The notes: generated by a model not told the origin, from the sequence alone. DNA of 64,000 nt from Candidatus Latescibacterota bacterium (GCA_965223905.1 CBDCXV010000009.1:320001-384000), one strand, 5' to 3'. Positions 28,819 through 38,612 are shown, numbered from the stretch's first letter. Numbers and translations are program-made.

Positions 28819-29564
28819 GCTGGTCGGAAGTGGAGCTCGAGTCCTACCGGGACCGCGGCTACGCCCTGTGCCGCGGCCTTCTGTCTTCTGCTGAGGTGAC
28901 GAATCTGCGGGAGGCGCTGCCGCGGCTGCTGAATGGCGAAGGCGACGGCATGCACCGCGAGCGGGAGCGCGGCGGTGCGGTGCGGCAGGTCTACCTCGCA
29001 CACCGCCATGTCGGTGCGTTCTCCGAGGTTGTCCGCCACCCCGCGATTCTCGAACCGGTGAAACAGATCGTCGGCGGGGACGTGTACGTCTGGCACAGCA
29101 AGCTCAACGTCAAGGAGGCGTTCGAGGGCACCGTATGGCTGTGGCACCAGGACTACGGCTACTGGATGTGGGACGGCGTCGATCCCCGCCTGGTGTCGGC
29201 GATGGTCATCCTCGACAGGGCGACGGCGAACAACGGCTGCATGATGGTGGTCGCCGGCTCTCACAAGTGGGGCCGCCAGGAGCATTTCGCCGACGAGGAG
29301 ACGACGAGCTACAAGCAGTGGTGCATCGATACCGAAACCCTCAAGACCAAGCTGCGCGAGGAGCGGATCGAGCAGATCACCGGCGAACCGGGAGACGTGC
29401 TGTTCTTCGACTGCAATCTCGTGCACGGCTCCGGGCACAACATGTCCCCCCTTCCGCGCAAGGTATTCATCATCGCCTACAACTCCGTCGACAACAGGCC
29501 GCGGCCGGTGGAGAACCCGCGCCCCGACTGGGTGGTGTCGCGCACGTACGACCCTGTTGGATAG
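28815..29564 (+). CDS. PhyH-family Fe/2OG dioxygenase (ectoine/proline hydroxylase-like)
   Basis: HSKLNVK, WHQDYGYW, NGC...GSH, GDVLFFDCNLVHGS.HN; ATGA overlap with the upstream gene. Confidence 0.88.
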   Translation: MSWSEVELESYRDRGYALCRGLLSSAEVTNLREALPRLLNGEGDGMHRERERGGAVRQVYLAHRHVGAFSEVVRHPAILEPVKQIVGGDVYVWHSKLNVKEAFEGTVWLWHQDYGYWMWDGVDPRLVSAMVILDRATANNGCMMVVAGSHKWGRQEHFADEETTSYKQWCIDTETLKTKLREERIEQITGEPGDVLFFDCNLVHGSGHNMSPLPRKVFIIAYNSVDNRPRPVENPRPDWVVSRTYDPVG

Positions 29565-29715
29565 GGCGGCGTCGAGAAAAGGGCAGGCCGATTCGAGGTG
29601 AGGCGGCCGCAGGGCAACCGGGAGATCCCGGAATGAGCCCTGTCCGGGCGCGGCAACCTGCGGTTTCTCCGTTCTCGAAATTCCCGATTCAGTTGATGAA
29701 AATGGGGGCACCGAA

Positions 29716-30801
29716 ATGACGGCGTCGGGCGACTGGTCCCGGCTCGCTTCCTTCGACGTGGTGCGGCTCAACTCCGAGCTGTTCCCGGTGGGCGGCCTCG
29801 AGGCCGATCTCTACGAGCGCTTCGGGCTGCGGCCCCGGGAGGTCGAAGCCAACACCCCCGAGACGATCATTCCGCACGTAACCGAATGCGACGCCCTTTT
29901 CGCCGTGTCGGTCGCCCTTCCCCGCGAAGTGATCGACAGCCTGCGCAACTGCCGGCTGATATCCCGCCTCGGCACCGGCACCGACAAGATCGACGTCGCC
30001 CGCGCCACCGAGCGCGGCATCGTCGTCTCCAACGTCCCGGAGTTCGGGGTCGAGGACATGGCCGACCACACCATGGCGATGGTCCTGTCGCTGCAGCGGC
30101 GGCTGCCCTGGATGCACCGCCAGATGCTGCGGGGAGAATTTTTTGCCGCCCGCAGCGAGACCCTGACCATTCGGCGGCCGGGGGAGTGCGTGCTCGGCCT
30201 GGTCGGGTTCGGGGCCAGCGCCAGGGCGGTGGCGGCGCGGGCGCTGCCGTTCGGATTCCGCCTGCTGGCGACGCGCCGGAACATGCAGGCGCCGACGGAC
30301 GAGGCGGGCCGGCTGCAGGTGCGGATGGTCGATCTTCCGACACTGCTGCGGGAGTCGGATTACGTGTCGCTCCATCTGCCGCTCGATGCCGGCTCCTACC
30401 ACCTCCTCAACGAGGCGGCCATCGTCCTGATGAAGCCGGGGGCCTTCCTCGTAAACACCTCGCGGGGGGCGATCGTCGACGAGGAGGCGCTCGCCGCGGC
30501 CCTGCGTGAGGGCCGCCTGGCCGGGGCAGGGATCGACACCTTCGAGGGGATCGAAATTTTCACCCCTGACGAGCGCCCCCCCGACCACCCGCTCGTCGGG
30601 CTCGACAACGTCATCCTGAGCCCGCACGTCTCCGGTCTGTCGCGGGCAGCGGAGCGCACCTGCGCGAACAGCGGCGTGCGCAATCTCGTCTGCGTGCTGA
30701 GCGGCTGTCTTCCCCCCGCCGGCAACATCGTCAACCGGTCGGTGGTTCCCCGGGTGCCGCTGGCCCCGTACGATCCGGGCCTGTTCGACGATGTCTGGTG
30801 A
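29716..30801 (+). CDS. D-isomer-specific 2-hydroxyacid dehydrogenase (CtBP-like)
   Basis: RLGTGTDKID, GLVGFG, SLHLPL, NTSRG, LSPH. Confidence 0.9.
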   Translation: MTASGDWSRLASFDVVRLNSELFPVGGLEADLYERFGLRPREVEANTPETIIPHVTECDALFAVSVALPREVIDSLRNCRLISRLGTGTDKIDVARATERGIVVSNVPEFGVEDMADHTMAMVLSLQRRLPWMHRQMLRGEFFAARSETLTIRRPGECVLGLVGFGASARAVAARALPFGFRLLATRRNMQAPTDEAGRLQVRMVDLPTLLRESDYVSLHLPLDAGSYHLLNEAAIVLMKPGAFLVNTSRGAIVDEEALAAALREGRLAGAGIDTFEGIEIFTPDERPPDHPLVGLDNVILSPHVSGLSRAAERTCANSGVRNLVCVLSGCLPPAGNIVNRSVVPRVPLAPYDPGLFDDVW

Positions 30802-31153
30802 CTCCCGGGGATTCCCCCGGAATTCATCCACCAGGCATACTGTCGCCCGATCCCGCGCCTTGCGAACCGTGCGCATTTGAGCCCCCCTTCGAACGCTTGC
30901 CTGCTGCGCAGGCACCAGTGCGTTGACGCGCGGATTCCCTGGGGTTCACTCGCGAGGCATCACGACAAGCGGGGGCGCGCCGGTCGCCATATCCTACCCA
31001 ATCCCCAATCCGCACCTTGCAGCCCGGGCGCTTCTGCGCATGCCTTGCTTGCGGCCGTTTCCGGGAAGGCATTCCGGCCCCCTGCCTTCTTGCCGCCATC
31101 CAGGCCGGGGGATAAGTTCACCCGCTCGCAAACAGGGGGCTGGGAACGCGCAG

Positions 31154-31963
31154 ATGACCGCATCGCTTTTTGATCTCGAAGGGAAGGTGGCCGCCGTGTC
31201 GGGAGGGGCCCGGGGCCTGGGACGGGCCATGGCCCTCGCCCTGGCCGGCGCCGGCGCCGACGTCGTGATCGCCGACATCGACGCCGCGGCGGCTGCGGAA
31301 ACCGCCGGCGAAATCGAGAGCCTGGGCCGCCGCGGCGCCGCGGTCGACTGCGACATCTCCCGACCCGAGCAGATCGACACCTGGTTCGAGCGGATCGACG
31401 CCTTCGGAGGGATAGACTTCCTCGGCAACGTCGCCGGCGCCGGCCTGCTCAAGGCCCCCGAGGAGCTGTCGCTCGGGGAGGTCCGGCAGGTGCTCGACGA
31501 GCTGGTCGCCTGCCGCTTCTACTGCTGCCAGCAGGCCGGGCGGCGCATGCTGGCAGCCGGCAGGGGCAGCATCGTCAACATCGGCTCGCTGGCGAGCGTC
31601 ACGGCCCTCGGACGCGGGCACATCTCCTACAGCATGGCGATGGGGGGGGTGGTGCAGATGACGAGGGAGCTGAGCACGGAATGGGCGGCGCGGGGCGTGC
31701 GCGTCAACGCCATCCTGCCGGCCCAGGTGCTGAACCCCGGGCTCCAGGAGCGCATGGAAAAGGTACCGGAGCTCGAGGCCACCTATCTCGGCGGCATCCC
31801 CAGGGCCCGCTTCGGACACCCGGACGACATCCGCGGGCTGGCGGTGTTTCTCGCTTCGGACTCCTCCGCATGGATCACCGGGGCGCTGATCCCGATGGAC
31901 GGGGGCAACCTGGCGATGAACGCCGGCGGCAGCTATCCCGGCGGCCCTCGGGTGAGCGGATAA
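31154..31963 (+). CDS. Short-chain dehydrogenase/reductase
   Basis: SGGARGLG, GSIVNIGS, VRVNAILP. The YxxxK motif reads YSMAM (atypical). Confidence 0.88.
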   Translation: MTASLFDLEGKVAAVSGGARGLGRAMALALAGAGADVVIADIDAAAAAETAGEIESLGRRGAAVDCDISRPEQIDTWFERIDAFGGIDFLGNVAGAGLLKAPEELSLGEVRQVLDELVACRFYCCQQAGRRMLAAGRGSIVNIGSLASVTALGRGHISYSMAMGGVVQMTRELSTEWAARGVRVNAILPAQVLNPGLQERMEKVPELEATYLGGIPRARFGHPDDIRGLAVFLASDSSAWITGALIPMDGGNLAMNAGGSYPGGPRVSG

Positions 31964-31990
31964 GGCCGCGGCGCAACCGGACCAAGACTC

Positions 31991-32968
31991 TTGCAACTTT
32001 CGAAGAAAACCGCGCTGGGGCTCTACCGGCAGATGCTGGCGATCCGCCGCACCGAGGAGCAGCACGCGCGCTCCTACGCCGCCGGGCTCATCCTCGGCGC
32101 CTGCCACACCTACATCGGCGAGGAAGCGGTGGCGGCCGGCGTCTGCGCCCACCTGCGGGACGACGACGCCGTCTTCAGCACGCACCGCGGCCACGGACAC
32201 GCCCTGGCCAAGGGGGTGCCGATCCGCGAGGTGATCGCCGAGCTGTTCGGCAAGGTCACCGGCTGTTCCCAGGGCCGCGGCGGCAGCATGCACCTGTTCT
32301 CCCCCGAGGTCGGCATGATGGGGACGAGCGGCATCGTCGGGCCCTGCATTCTGCAGGCCGCGGGCGCCGCCTACTCCTTCAAGCTGCTGGAGACCGACCG
32401 CGTCGGCGTCGCCTTCTTCGGGGACGGGGCCGTCAGCAACGGCGCCTTCCACGAGGGACTTACGATGGCGGCCAGGTGGGAGCTGCCTGCCCTGTTCGTG
32501 TGCGAGAACAACCTCTTCGCCACCGAGATCGCCTTCTCCACGGCGACGAGCAATCCCGAGGTCGCCAACCGCGCCGAGGGCTACGGGCTGCCCGGGGTCG
32601 CCCTCGACGGAAACGACGCCGCCGCGGTGTACGAAGCCGCCCGGGAAGCGGTGGCCCGCGCCCGCGGCGGCGGCGGCCCCACCCTGATCGAGTGCAAGAC
32701 CTATCGCACCCGGCCTCACTCCGAGGGCATGAGGGACACCGGCTACCGCACCCAGGAAGAGATCGATTCATGGAAGACGCGCGACCCGATTCCGGCGCTG
32801 CGTGAAAGGATCCTGGCGGCGAACCTCGCCGCGAAGGCGGAGCTCGATGCCATCGACGCCGGCATCGAGGCGGAAGTGAAGGAAGCGGCGAAGTATGCCG
32901 AAGGGTCCCCCTGGCCCGACCCGGCCACCATCTACGACCACGTCTACAGCGGTACCCGCGATGCGTGA
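31991..32968 (+). CDS. TPP-dependent dehydrogenase E1 alpha subunit (PDH/acetoin-type)
   Basis: STHRGHGH, GRGGSMH, FFGDGA...ENN, TYR...HSE. Confidence 0.93.
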   Translation: MQLSKKTALGLYRQMLAIRRTEEQHARSYAAGLILGACHTYIGEEAVAAGVCAHLRDDDAVFSTHRGHGHALAKGVPIREVIAELFGKVTGCSQGRGGSMHLFSPEVGMMGTSGIVGPCILQAAGAAYSFKLLETDRVGVAFFGDGAVSNGAFHEGLTMAARWELPALFVCENNLFATEIAFSTATSNPEVANRAEGYGLPGVALDGNDAAAVYEAAREAVARARGGGGPTLIECKTYRTRPHSEGMRDTGYRTQEEIDSWKTRDPIPALRERILAANLAAKAELDAIDAGIEAEVKEAAKYAEGSPWPDPATIYDHVYSGTRDA

Positions 32969-33938
32969 GCTCACCTACACGGAAGCGGCCCGCGAGGGCC
33001 TGAGCGAGGAGATGGCCGCCGACCCGACGGTCTTCGTGGTCGGCCAGGGGATCGGTCCTCGGGGCGGCAACTTCAACACCACCACCGGCCTGCACGAGAT
33101 CTACGGCGACATGCGGCTGCGCGACACCGGGATCACCGAGCGCGGGTTCACCGGCCTGTGCACGGGCGCGGCGATGACCGGTTCGCGTCCGGTCGTCGAC
33201 TACATGTTCCACGACTTCGCCCTCGACGCCCTCGGCGAGATCGTCAACCAGATCCCCAAGATCCAGTACATGAGCAGCGGCCGTCTGCGCATGCCGATCG
33301 TGCTGCGCGGCTGCATCGGCGTCGGCGGGGCCGCGGCGACCCATCACTCCGGCAGCTACTATCCGCTGTTCGCGCACCTGCCCGGCTTCCGGGTCTGCCT
33401 GCCGAGCACGCCCCACGACGTCAAGGGGCTGCTGAAGACGTCGATCCGCAGCGACGACCCGGTGATCTTCATGGAGCACAAGTCGCTGCTCAACACCCGC
33501 GGCCCGGTTCCCGAGGAGGAGTACACCATCCCCTTCGGCGAGGCGTCGATCCGCCGCCGGGGCGAGCACGCCACCGTCGTCGCCCTGACCACCATGGTGG
33601 GGCGCAGCCTCGAGGTCGCCGCCGGGCTCGAGGCCGAGGGGATCTCCCTCGAGGTCATCGACCCCCGCACCGTCGCCCCGCTCGACATCGACGCCGTGCT
33701 CGAGTCGGTGCACAAGACCGGACGGCTGCTGATCGCCGACGAGACCTGGGCCCCCTGCGGCATCGGGGCGGAGATCGCCGCGCAGGTGATCGACCGGAGC
33801 TTCGACGATCTCGACGCGCCGATCCGGCGCCTCAATGGAGCCCACACCAACATCCCCTACAGCGCCCCGCTCGAGGCGGCCGTCGTGCCGCAGAAGGGGG
33901 ACATCCGCGACGCTGTCCGGGAGCTGGTCGCCGAGTAG
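32961..33938 (+). CDS. TPP-dependent dehydrogenase E1 beta subunit
   Basis: DTGITE.GF.G, RPVV, HHS, DPVIFMEHK, EVIDPRT..PLD, LDAPI.R. Confidence 0.93.
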   Translation: MRELTYTEAAREGLSEEMAADPTVFVVGQGIGPRGGNFNTTTGLHEIYGDMRLRDTGITERGFTGLCTGAAMTGSRPVVDYMFHDFALDALGEIVNQIPKIQYMSSGRLRMPIVLRGCIGVGGAAATHHSGSYYPLFAHLPGFRVCLPSTPHDVKGLLKTSIRSDDPVIFMEHKSLLNTRGPVPEEEYTIPFGEASIRRRGEHATVVALTTMVGRSLEVAAGLEAEGISLEVIDPRTVAPLDIDAVLESVHKTGRLLIADETWAPCGIGAEIAAQVIDRSFDDLDAPIRRLNGAHTNIPYSAPLEAAVVPQKGDIRDAVRELVAE

Positions 33939-33950
33939 GTAGGAGCAGCA

Positions 33951-35027
33951 TTGCCGGTCGACGTCGTCATGCCCCGCCTCGGGTGGACCATGGAGGAGGG
34001 CACCCTGGTGGAGTGGACGAGGGAGGACGGCGACGCGGTCGCCTCGGGTGAGGTGATCATGCTCGTCGAGAGCGACAAGGCGGTCACCGAGGTAGAGTCG
34101 TTCGACGACGGCATCCTGCGCATTCCCCCTGACTCGCCGCCCCCTGGAACCACGGTGCCGATCGGCACCCTTCTCGCCTTCATCCTGCAGCCGGGTGAGG
34201 AGATGCCGGAGGGGCCGTCCGGGAGCGCCCCCGAAGCCGCGGCCTCGGAGCTGCCCGGACCGGTCCCGGCGGCTGCTCCGGAAACCGCGCTGGCAGCCCC
34301 CCCGGTTCCGGCGCAGGCACAGGCTCCGCGCCGCGGGCGCCGCGGTCCGGCGATCTCACCCCGCGCCCGCAGGGTCGCGGTCGAGTTCGGCATCGACTGG
34401 CAGCGTCTGCGCGGCAGCGGCCGCACCGGCCGCATTGTCGAACGCGACGTGCGCGCAGCAGCCGAAACTGCATCTGCCGTACCCGCGTCCTCGGCAGCCT
34501 CTCAAGCCGCAGAGGTGGATATGACGGCGTTCGCCAGCCACTGCGACCGGCTCGCGGAGCTGATGAAGCGGGCCCCTGCCGTGCCGGGAATGTTCGACCT
34601 GGTTCTGCGATCTGTTGGACAGGCCCTGGCAATGGTCCCGTCCCTGTCGGGGCCGGACGCCGACGTCCGCGTTCAGCGCGACGACTCCGCGGCGGTCCTG
34701 AAGCGGTTCTCGTCGCTCTCCGTTCTCGACATCGGCGGGGCCCTGGCTGGGGGAGAAACCGCTGTGTCCGGGACAGTCGCAGCTTCGCCGTTCAGCGTCG
34801 TTGCCCTCGAGGGTGTCGATGCCCTGGCTCCCGGGCTGCCCCCCGGGGCCGTTGCCGTGCTGGGGCTGGGTTCGGTGCGGGAGAGAGAGGGAGCCAGCGG
34901 GCGGAGGAAGTCGCTGAACCTGCAGTTGACCTACGACTACTCGGCGGTGACGGACGCCGAGGCGCAGCAGTTCATGGGGTCGTTGCGGTCGTACCTCGAA
35001 GATCCCTTCAACTGGCTCTCCTGGTGA
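33951..35027 (+). CDS. E2-like protein: lipoyl domain, peripheral subunit-binding domain and degenerate acyltransferase domain
   Basis: MPRLGWTMEEG...VESDKA (lipoyl-Lys); ISPRARR..GSGRTGRIVERDV. C-terminus reads LTYDYSAVTD instead of DHRxxDG. Confidence 0.8.
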   Translation: MPVDVVMPRLGWTMEEGTLVEWTREDGDAVASGEVIMLVESDKAVTEVESFDDGILRIPPDSPPPGTTVPIGTLLAFILQPGEEMPEGPSGSAPEAAASELPGPVPAAAPETALAAPPVPAQAQAPRRGRRGPAISPRARRVAVEFGIDWQRLRGSGRTGRIVERDVRAAAETASAVPASSAASQAAEVDMTAFASHCDRLAELMKRAPAVPGMFDLVLRSVGQALAMVPSLSGPDADVRVQRDDSAAVLKRFSSLSVLDIGGALAGGETAVSGTVAASPFSVVALEGVDALAPGLPPGAVAVLGLGSVREREGASGRRKSLNLQLTYDYSAVTDAEAQQFMGSLRSYLEDPFNWLSW

Positions 35028-35143
35028 ACTGAGCCGGGGTGTTTCCCTGGAAATGAATGGCCGCGATCGCTCCCGGGCGGGATGAGATTCGCGGCAGAAG
35101 CGGCGCCGGGCGCTGCGGGGTGTTGCCGAGACAGGAGAACGGA

Positions 35144-35884
35144 ATGAAGCTGGCGGGCAAGATTGCAGTTACGACCGGAGGTGCCACAGGCATCGGGGGG
35201 GCTACTGCGGAGCTGTGCGCGGCCGAGGGTGCCGTGTCGATCATCCTCGACTACAACCGGAACGAAGGCCGCGGCACCCTCGAGCGCATCGAGAAAGCCG
35301 GGGGCAGGGGCGAGTTCCACGAGGTGGACGTTCGCAGAGAAGAGCAGGTCGCCGCGGTGTTCGCGAAGATCGCCGCGGCCCACGGCCGGGTCGACGTGTT
35401 GATCTGCAGCGCCGGCGTTCTCACCGGTGCCCACCAGGGAATCACCGAGCTGGCCGAGGAGGACTGGGACACCACCATCGACACCAACCTGAAGGGGACC
35501 TACCTGACCGGCAAGCACGCGGCGCCGCTGCTCAGGGCCTCCCCGTCTTCGGTGCTGTTGCTGATCTCCTCGGGCGCGGGGGTGAGCGGCGGCAGCTCGT
35601 CGTACGCGTACGCGGCGAGCAAGGGGGGGATGCACGGGATGCAGCACAACTTCGGCAAGGAGCTGCCCGGCACCCGGGTCCACGTCGTCTGCCCCGGCAG
35701 TATCGCCACGCCGCTCAAGCTGAAGAACATCGGGCAGGCGGCGGAAAAGCGGGGGGAGGACCCCGAAGCCGCCAAGGAAGCGGCGAAGAAAACCCTGGGC
35801 GACCCGGTGGGGGTGGCCCGCGTGCTCGCTTTCCTCGCCTCGGAGGACGCCGACTACATCAGGGGCGATATCAGGACTCGGTAG
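35144..35884 (+). CDS. Short-chain dehydrogenase/reductase
   Basis: TGGATGIG, YAASKGG, VCPGSIAT. Confidence 0.9.
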   Translation: MKLAGKIAVTTGGATGIGGATAELCAAEGAVSIILDYNRNEGRGTLERIEKAGGRGEFHEVDVRREEQVAAVFAKIAAAHGRVDVLICSAGVLTGAHQGITELAEEDWDTTIDTNLKGTYLTGKHAAPLLRASPSSVLLLISSGAGVSGGSSSYAYAASKGGMHGMQHNFGKELPGTRVHVVCPGSIATPLKLKNIGQAAEKRGEDPEAAKEAAKKTLGDPVGVARVLAFLASEDADYIRGDIRTR

Positions 35885-36065
35885 TCCCGGGTCTGCGTGT
35901 GCGGCCGCCGATGCGTCCGGCCTGCAAGGAGACTGAGCGGGGTCGTACGAAGTGGGCGTGCGCCCGCATCATGCGCGTGCGCTTTGAGTCGGGGAGTGAG
36001 GGTGACGCGGGGAGCCTGCCGGGGCCGGCGGGGGCCGAATTTAACCGAGGTCGCGCGCGCAGATA

Positions 36066-36953
36066 CTACGGCATGATCTGCTTGCTGAGGACGGCGCGCG
36101 TCGTCACCGGAAACTCCCCCGGTTCGCAGCACTGGCAGATCTGCACGTCCGCGGCGGCGCTCATCAGCATGTAGGCCTCCTCGAAGCTCAGGCCCATCCG
36201 TTTCCGCATCAGCAGGACCATCTCTTCCGCCGCCATTCTCGCCGCGGCCCCCAGGTCCTGGTGGTCGCCGGTCGTTATCCATGCGTCGTCCGTCTCGATC
36301 AGCGGACGGCGCAGCGGCTCTCCCTTGCGCAGCTCCACCCGGACCGTCACCTCGGCGCAGATCTCCAGGCCGATGAAGGTGATCTCGCCGTCTCCCATGG
36401 CCGCGTGGACGTCGCCGAGCGCAAGTCCCGCTCCCGGAACCGCGACCGGCAGATGGATGCGGCTGCCGGCAGCGGCGTGCTTGTTGTCCATGTTGCCGCC
36501 GTGGGGGCCGGCGAAGGCCGTGCGGATGCCCTCACCGGCGGGGGCTGTGCCGATCACTCCGATCATCGGGTGAGCGGGAAAGCGGATGTCGCCGAAACGG
36601 ACGACTCCGTCCTTCACTTCGACGATGCGCGTAGCGTACTCCTCTGCGAGATGGGCGAGCAGTCCCTCCCCCTTCTTCACGGCGAGAAAGCCGCGGTCAG
36701 CCGGATCGATGGCTTCGACGTGAACGCACAGGCTGTCTCCGGGTTGGGCGCCGCGCACTTCAACGGGTCCTGTCGCCGGATTCGAGCCGTCGGGGTGAGG
36801 GCGGTCGAGCAGGTCGGCGTCGGTGCGGATCGTTCCGGTGCGGGCGTCGAAGGTCTCGAACAGGACGGTATCGCCGCTGTCGATCGTCGCGACAGGGGGC
36901 AGCTCCTTGTCGATACGGTACTGGATGTGGTCGCGGGTGACGCGGTGTATCAT
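36066..36953 (-). CDS. Acetamidase/formamidase family protein
   Basis: NPATGPV...PGD, PMIGVIGTAP, HGGNMDN, LGDVHAAMGDGEI. Confidence 0.92.
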   Translation of the reverse strand: MIHRVTRDHIQYRIDKELPPVATIDSGDTVLFETFDARTGTIRTDADLLDRPHPDGSNPATGPVEVRGAQPGDSLCVHVEAIDPADRGFLAVKKGEGLLAHLAEEYATRIVEVKDGVVRFGDIRFPAHPMIGVIGTAPAGEGIRTAFAGPHGGNMDNKHAAAGSRIHLPVAVPGAGLALGDVHAAMGDGEITFIGLEICAEVTVRVELRKGEPLRRPLIETDDAWITTGDHQDLGAAARMAAEEMVLLMRKRMGLSFEEAYMLMSAAADVQICQCCEPGEFPVTTRAVLSKQIMP

Positions 36954-37096
36954 GCTGTCCTGGCTTGTCCGGGGGAAGGTGCTGTTGCGGGGGGCAAAGG
37001 GAGCGCGCGGACTCCGCGTCTACCCGGGATCCGGCATGGTTGAGGGGCTGGTCAGGCTCCGGGGAAGCAGTTGATCGGGAGGACCGGGAGGCGTCC

Positions 37097-37429
37097 TCAA
37101 ATCTCCGTGGCTTCGTCGCTGCCGGTTCCTTCCAGGTCGGCCCTGATCCGCCCGAACTCCTCCTCCTTCTCCGACAGCTCGCGCTCACAGGCCCGGATGC
37201 GGTCGCACAGTTCCTGCACCGCGGAGTCCTCCGGCGCGGGGACCTGACCCGACTGCACGCGGCTGTACACCTCGTTCCCCAGTTCGGCCTTGAGCCGCGA
37301 AAGGCGGGTCTTGGCAGCGGCGATGTCGAGCCGGGCACGGCCGAGCAGGGTCAGCTCCTCGGCCTTGTTGACGGCCAACTCCGCTCCGTCATGGAGCCCT
37401 CTCTTGATGCTGTCCCACATTTTCTCCAC
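37097..37429 (-). CDS. Coiled-coil hypothetical protein
   Basis: GGAGG SD, 110 aa helical; KAEEL...ARLDI...ELG..VY. Confidence 0.75.
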   Translation of the reverse strand: MEKMWDSIKRGLHDGAELAVNKAEELTLLGRARLDIAAAKTRLSRLKAELGNEVYSRVQSGQVPAPEDSAVQELCDRIRACERELSEKEEEFGRIRADLEGTGSDEATEI

Positions 37430-37499
37430 GTCAGGCCTCCGTATTCAATGCCGCTGTCCTGTTGCCGCGGCGCCTCTCGGTCAGTGGTATTCCGCAATC

Positions 37500-37559
37500 A
37501 AAAAAAAACCGCCATCACCTTTCGATGTCGGCTTGCGGCATCGAATCGGCATCGGCGGT
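37500..37559 (-). terminator. Rho-independent terminator downstream of rpsR
   Basis: Minus strand ACCGCC...TTCGATG..CATCGAA...GGCGGT followed by a run of 9 T. Confidence 0.6.
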
Positions 37560-37654
37560 ATGGAGGGCGGATTCTCCGCGAGCCGGCATCCGGAGGCAGC
37601 AGGTGCCTCCGAGCACTTTGTTCCCAAAGTTCCGGGCTCGAACCCGGCGACGGA

Positions 37655-37876
37655 CTAGCGGGTGTCGTTGATCGAGTACGGCAGCAGGCCGAGGTAGCGC
37701 GCCCGCTTGATGGCCTGGACGATACGCGCCTGCTGCTTGCGGTTTGCACCGGTTCTCCGCGCTGCTTCGATCTTGCCGTTGGGACTCAGGAATCTGGAAA
37801 GGACGTCGAGCTTCTTGTAGTCTATGTCTTCCAGTTTGAGCTTGGCGGTGAACTCTTTGCGGCTGGATTTTCCGAT
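37655..37876 (-). CDS. rpsR: 30S ribosomal protein S18 (Cys-free), apparent non-canonical ATC start
   Basis: Manual translation: GKSSRKEFTAKLKLEDIDYKKLDVLSRFLSPNGKIEAARRTGANRKQQARIVQAIKRARYLGLLPYSINDTR*. Absent from the ORF track. Confidence 0.92.
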   Translation of the reverse strand: MGKSSRKEFTAKLKLEDIDYKKLDVLSRFLSPNGKIEAARRTGANRKQQARIVQAIKRARYLGLLPYSINDTR

Positions 37877-37911
37877 TTTTCGAATCCCCTGAGAGAAGCG
37901 TTGAGCGGCTA

Positions 37912-37940
37912 AAACTACCGGGTGAGGGCGCCAAAGTCAA
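37912..37940 (-). promoter_or_regulatory. Sigma-70 promoter of rpsR
   Basis: Minus strand TTGACT-17 nt-TAGTTT. Confidence 0.6.
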
Positions 37941-37957
37941 TTCCCGATCGGGCTCCG

Positions 37958-38386
37958 GTGAACGACATTCGCATACATTCCGGCCTCGCGATTCCCGAGC
38001 GGGAACTGCGGTTCGTTTTCACCGCCAGCCCCGGTCCGGGAGGGCAGAACGTCAACCGCGTCAACACGCGGGCGGAGCTCCGCTTCGACGTGAAGGGGAG
38101 CCCATCCCTCGACGAGGTGCAGAGAGGCCGCATTCTCCGCGCCCTCGGTTCCCGGCTTTCCAGGGAAGGCATTCTGGCGGTTCGGTCTTCCCGCTTCCGG
38201 TCCCAGGGGCGCAACAGGGCCGATTGCATCGACCGCTTCGTCCGCCAGATCGCCGAAGCCCTGCGCCCGCCCCCGAAACCACGCAAGCGCACCCGGCCCA
38301 GCCCGGCCTCCCAGGCCCGTCGAATCCAGCAGAAGCGCAATCAGTCGCTGAAGAAGGCGCTGCGCCGGCGCCCTTCGACCGCGTAA
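37958..38386 (+). CDS. arfB: Alternative ribosome rescue peptidyl-tRNA hydrolase
   Basis: SPGPGGQNVNRV, RSQ.RNR, basic tail RKRTRPS.AS..RR. Confidence 0.92.
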   Translation: MNDIRIHSGLAIPERELRFVFTASPGPGGQNVNRVNTRAELRFDVKGSPSLDEVQRGRILRALGSRLSREGILAVRSSRFRSQGRNRADCIDRFVRQIAEALRPPPKPRKRTRPSPASQARRIQQKRNQSLKKALRRRPSTA

Positions 38387-38612
38387 ACAGCCGCCCATCG
38401 CCTGGACGGCGTGTAGCGGTTTTCTGAAGCGCATTCGGATCCGGGTTCCTGAAGTTGTGCGCGGGTTGCCAGACGGCTTCGCCCGCGCCCGGGCGCCATC
38501 ATCCCCTTCGGAACCGCTCGCGGCCGCCAGTGTCCTGCCGGGTTCCACCATCGTCGGCCTCACCCCCCACCCAGTCGGAAATCACACTTGCGAAGGTTTG
38601 ATGCCATGTCGA

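Noticed and set aside
28815-29564. ectD assignment
   Set aside because: Lacks the EctD signature and no ectABC genes are nearby.
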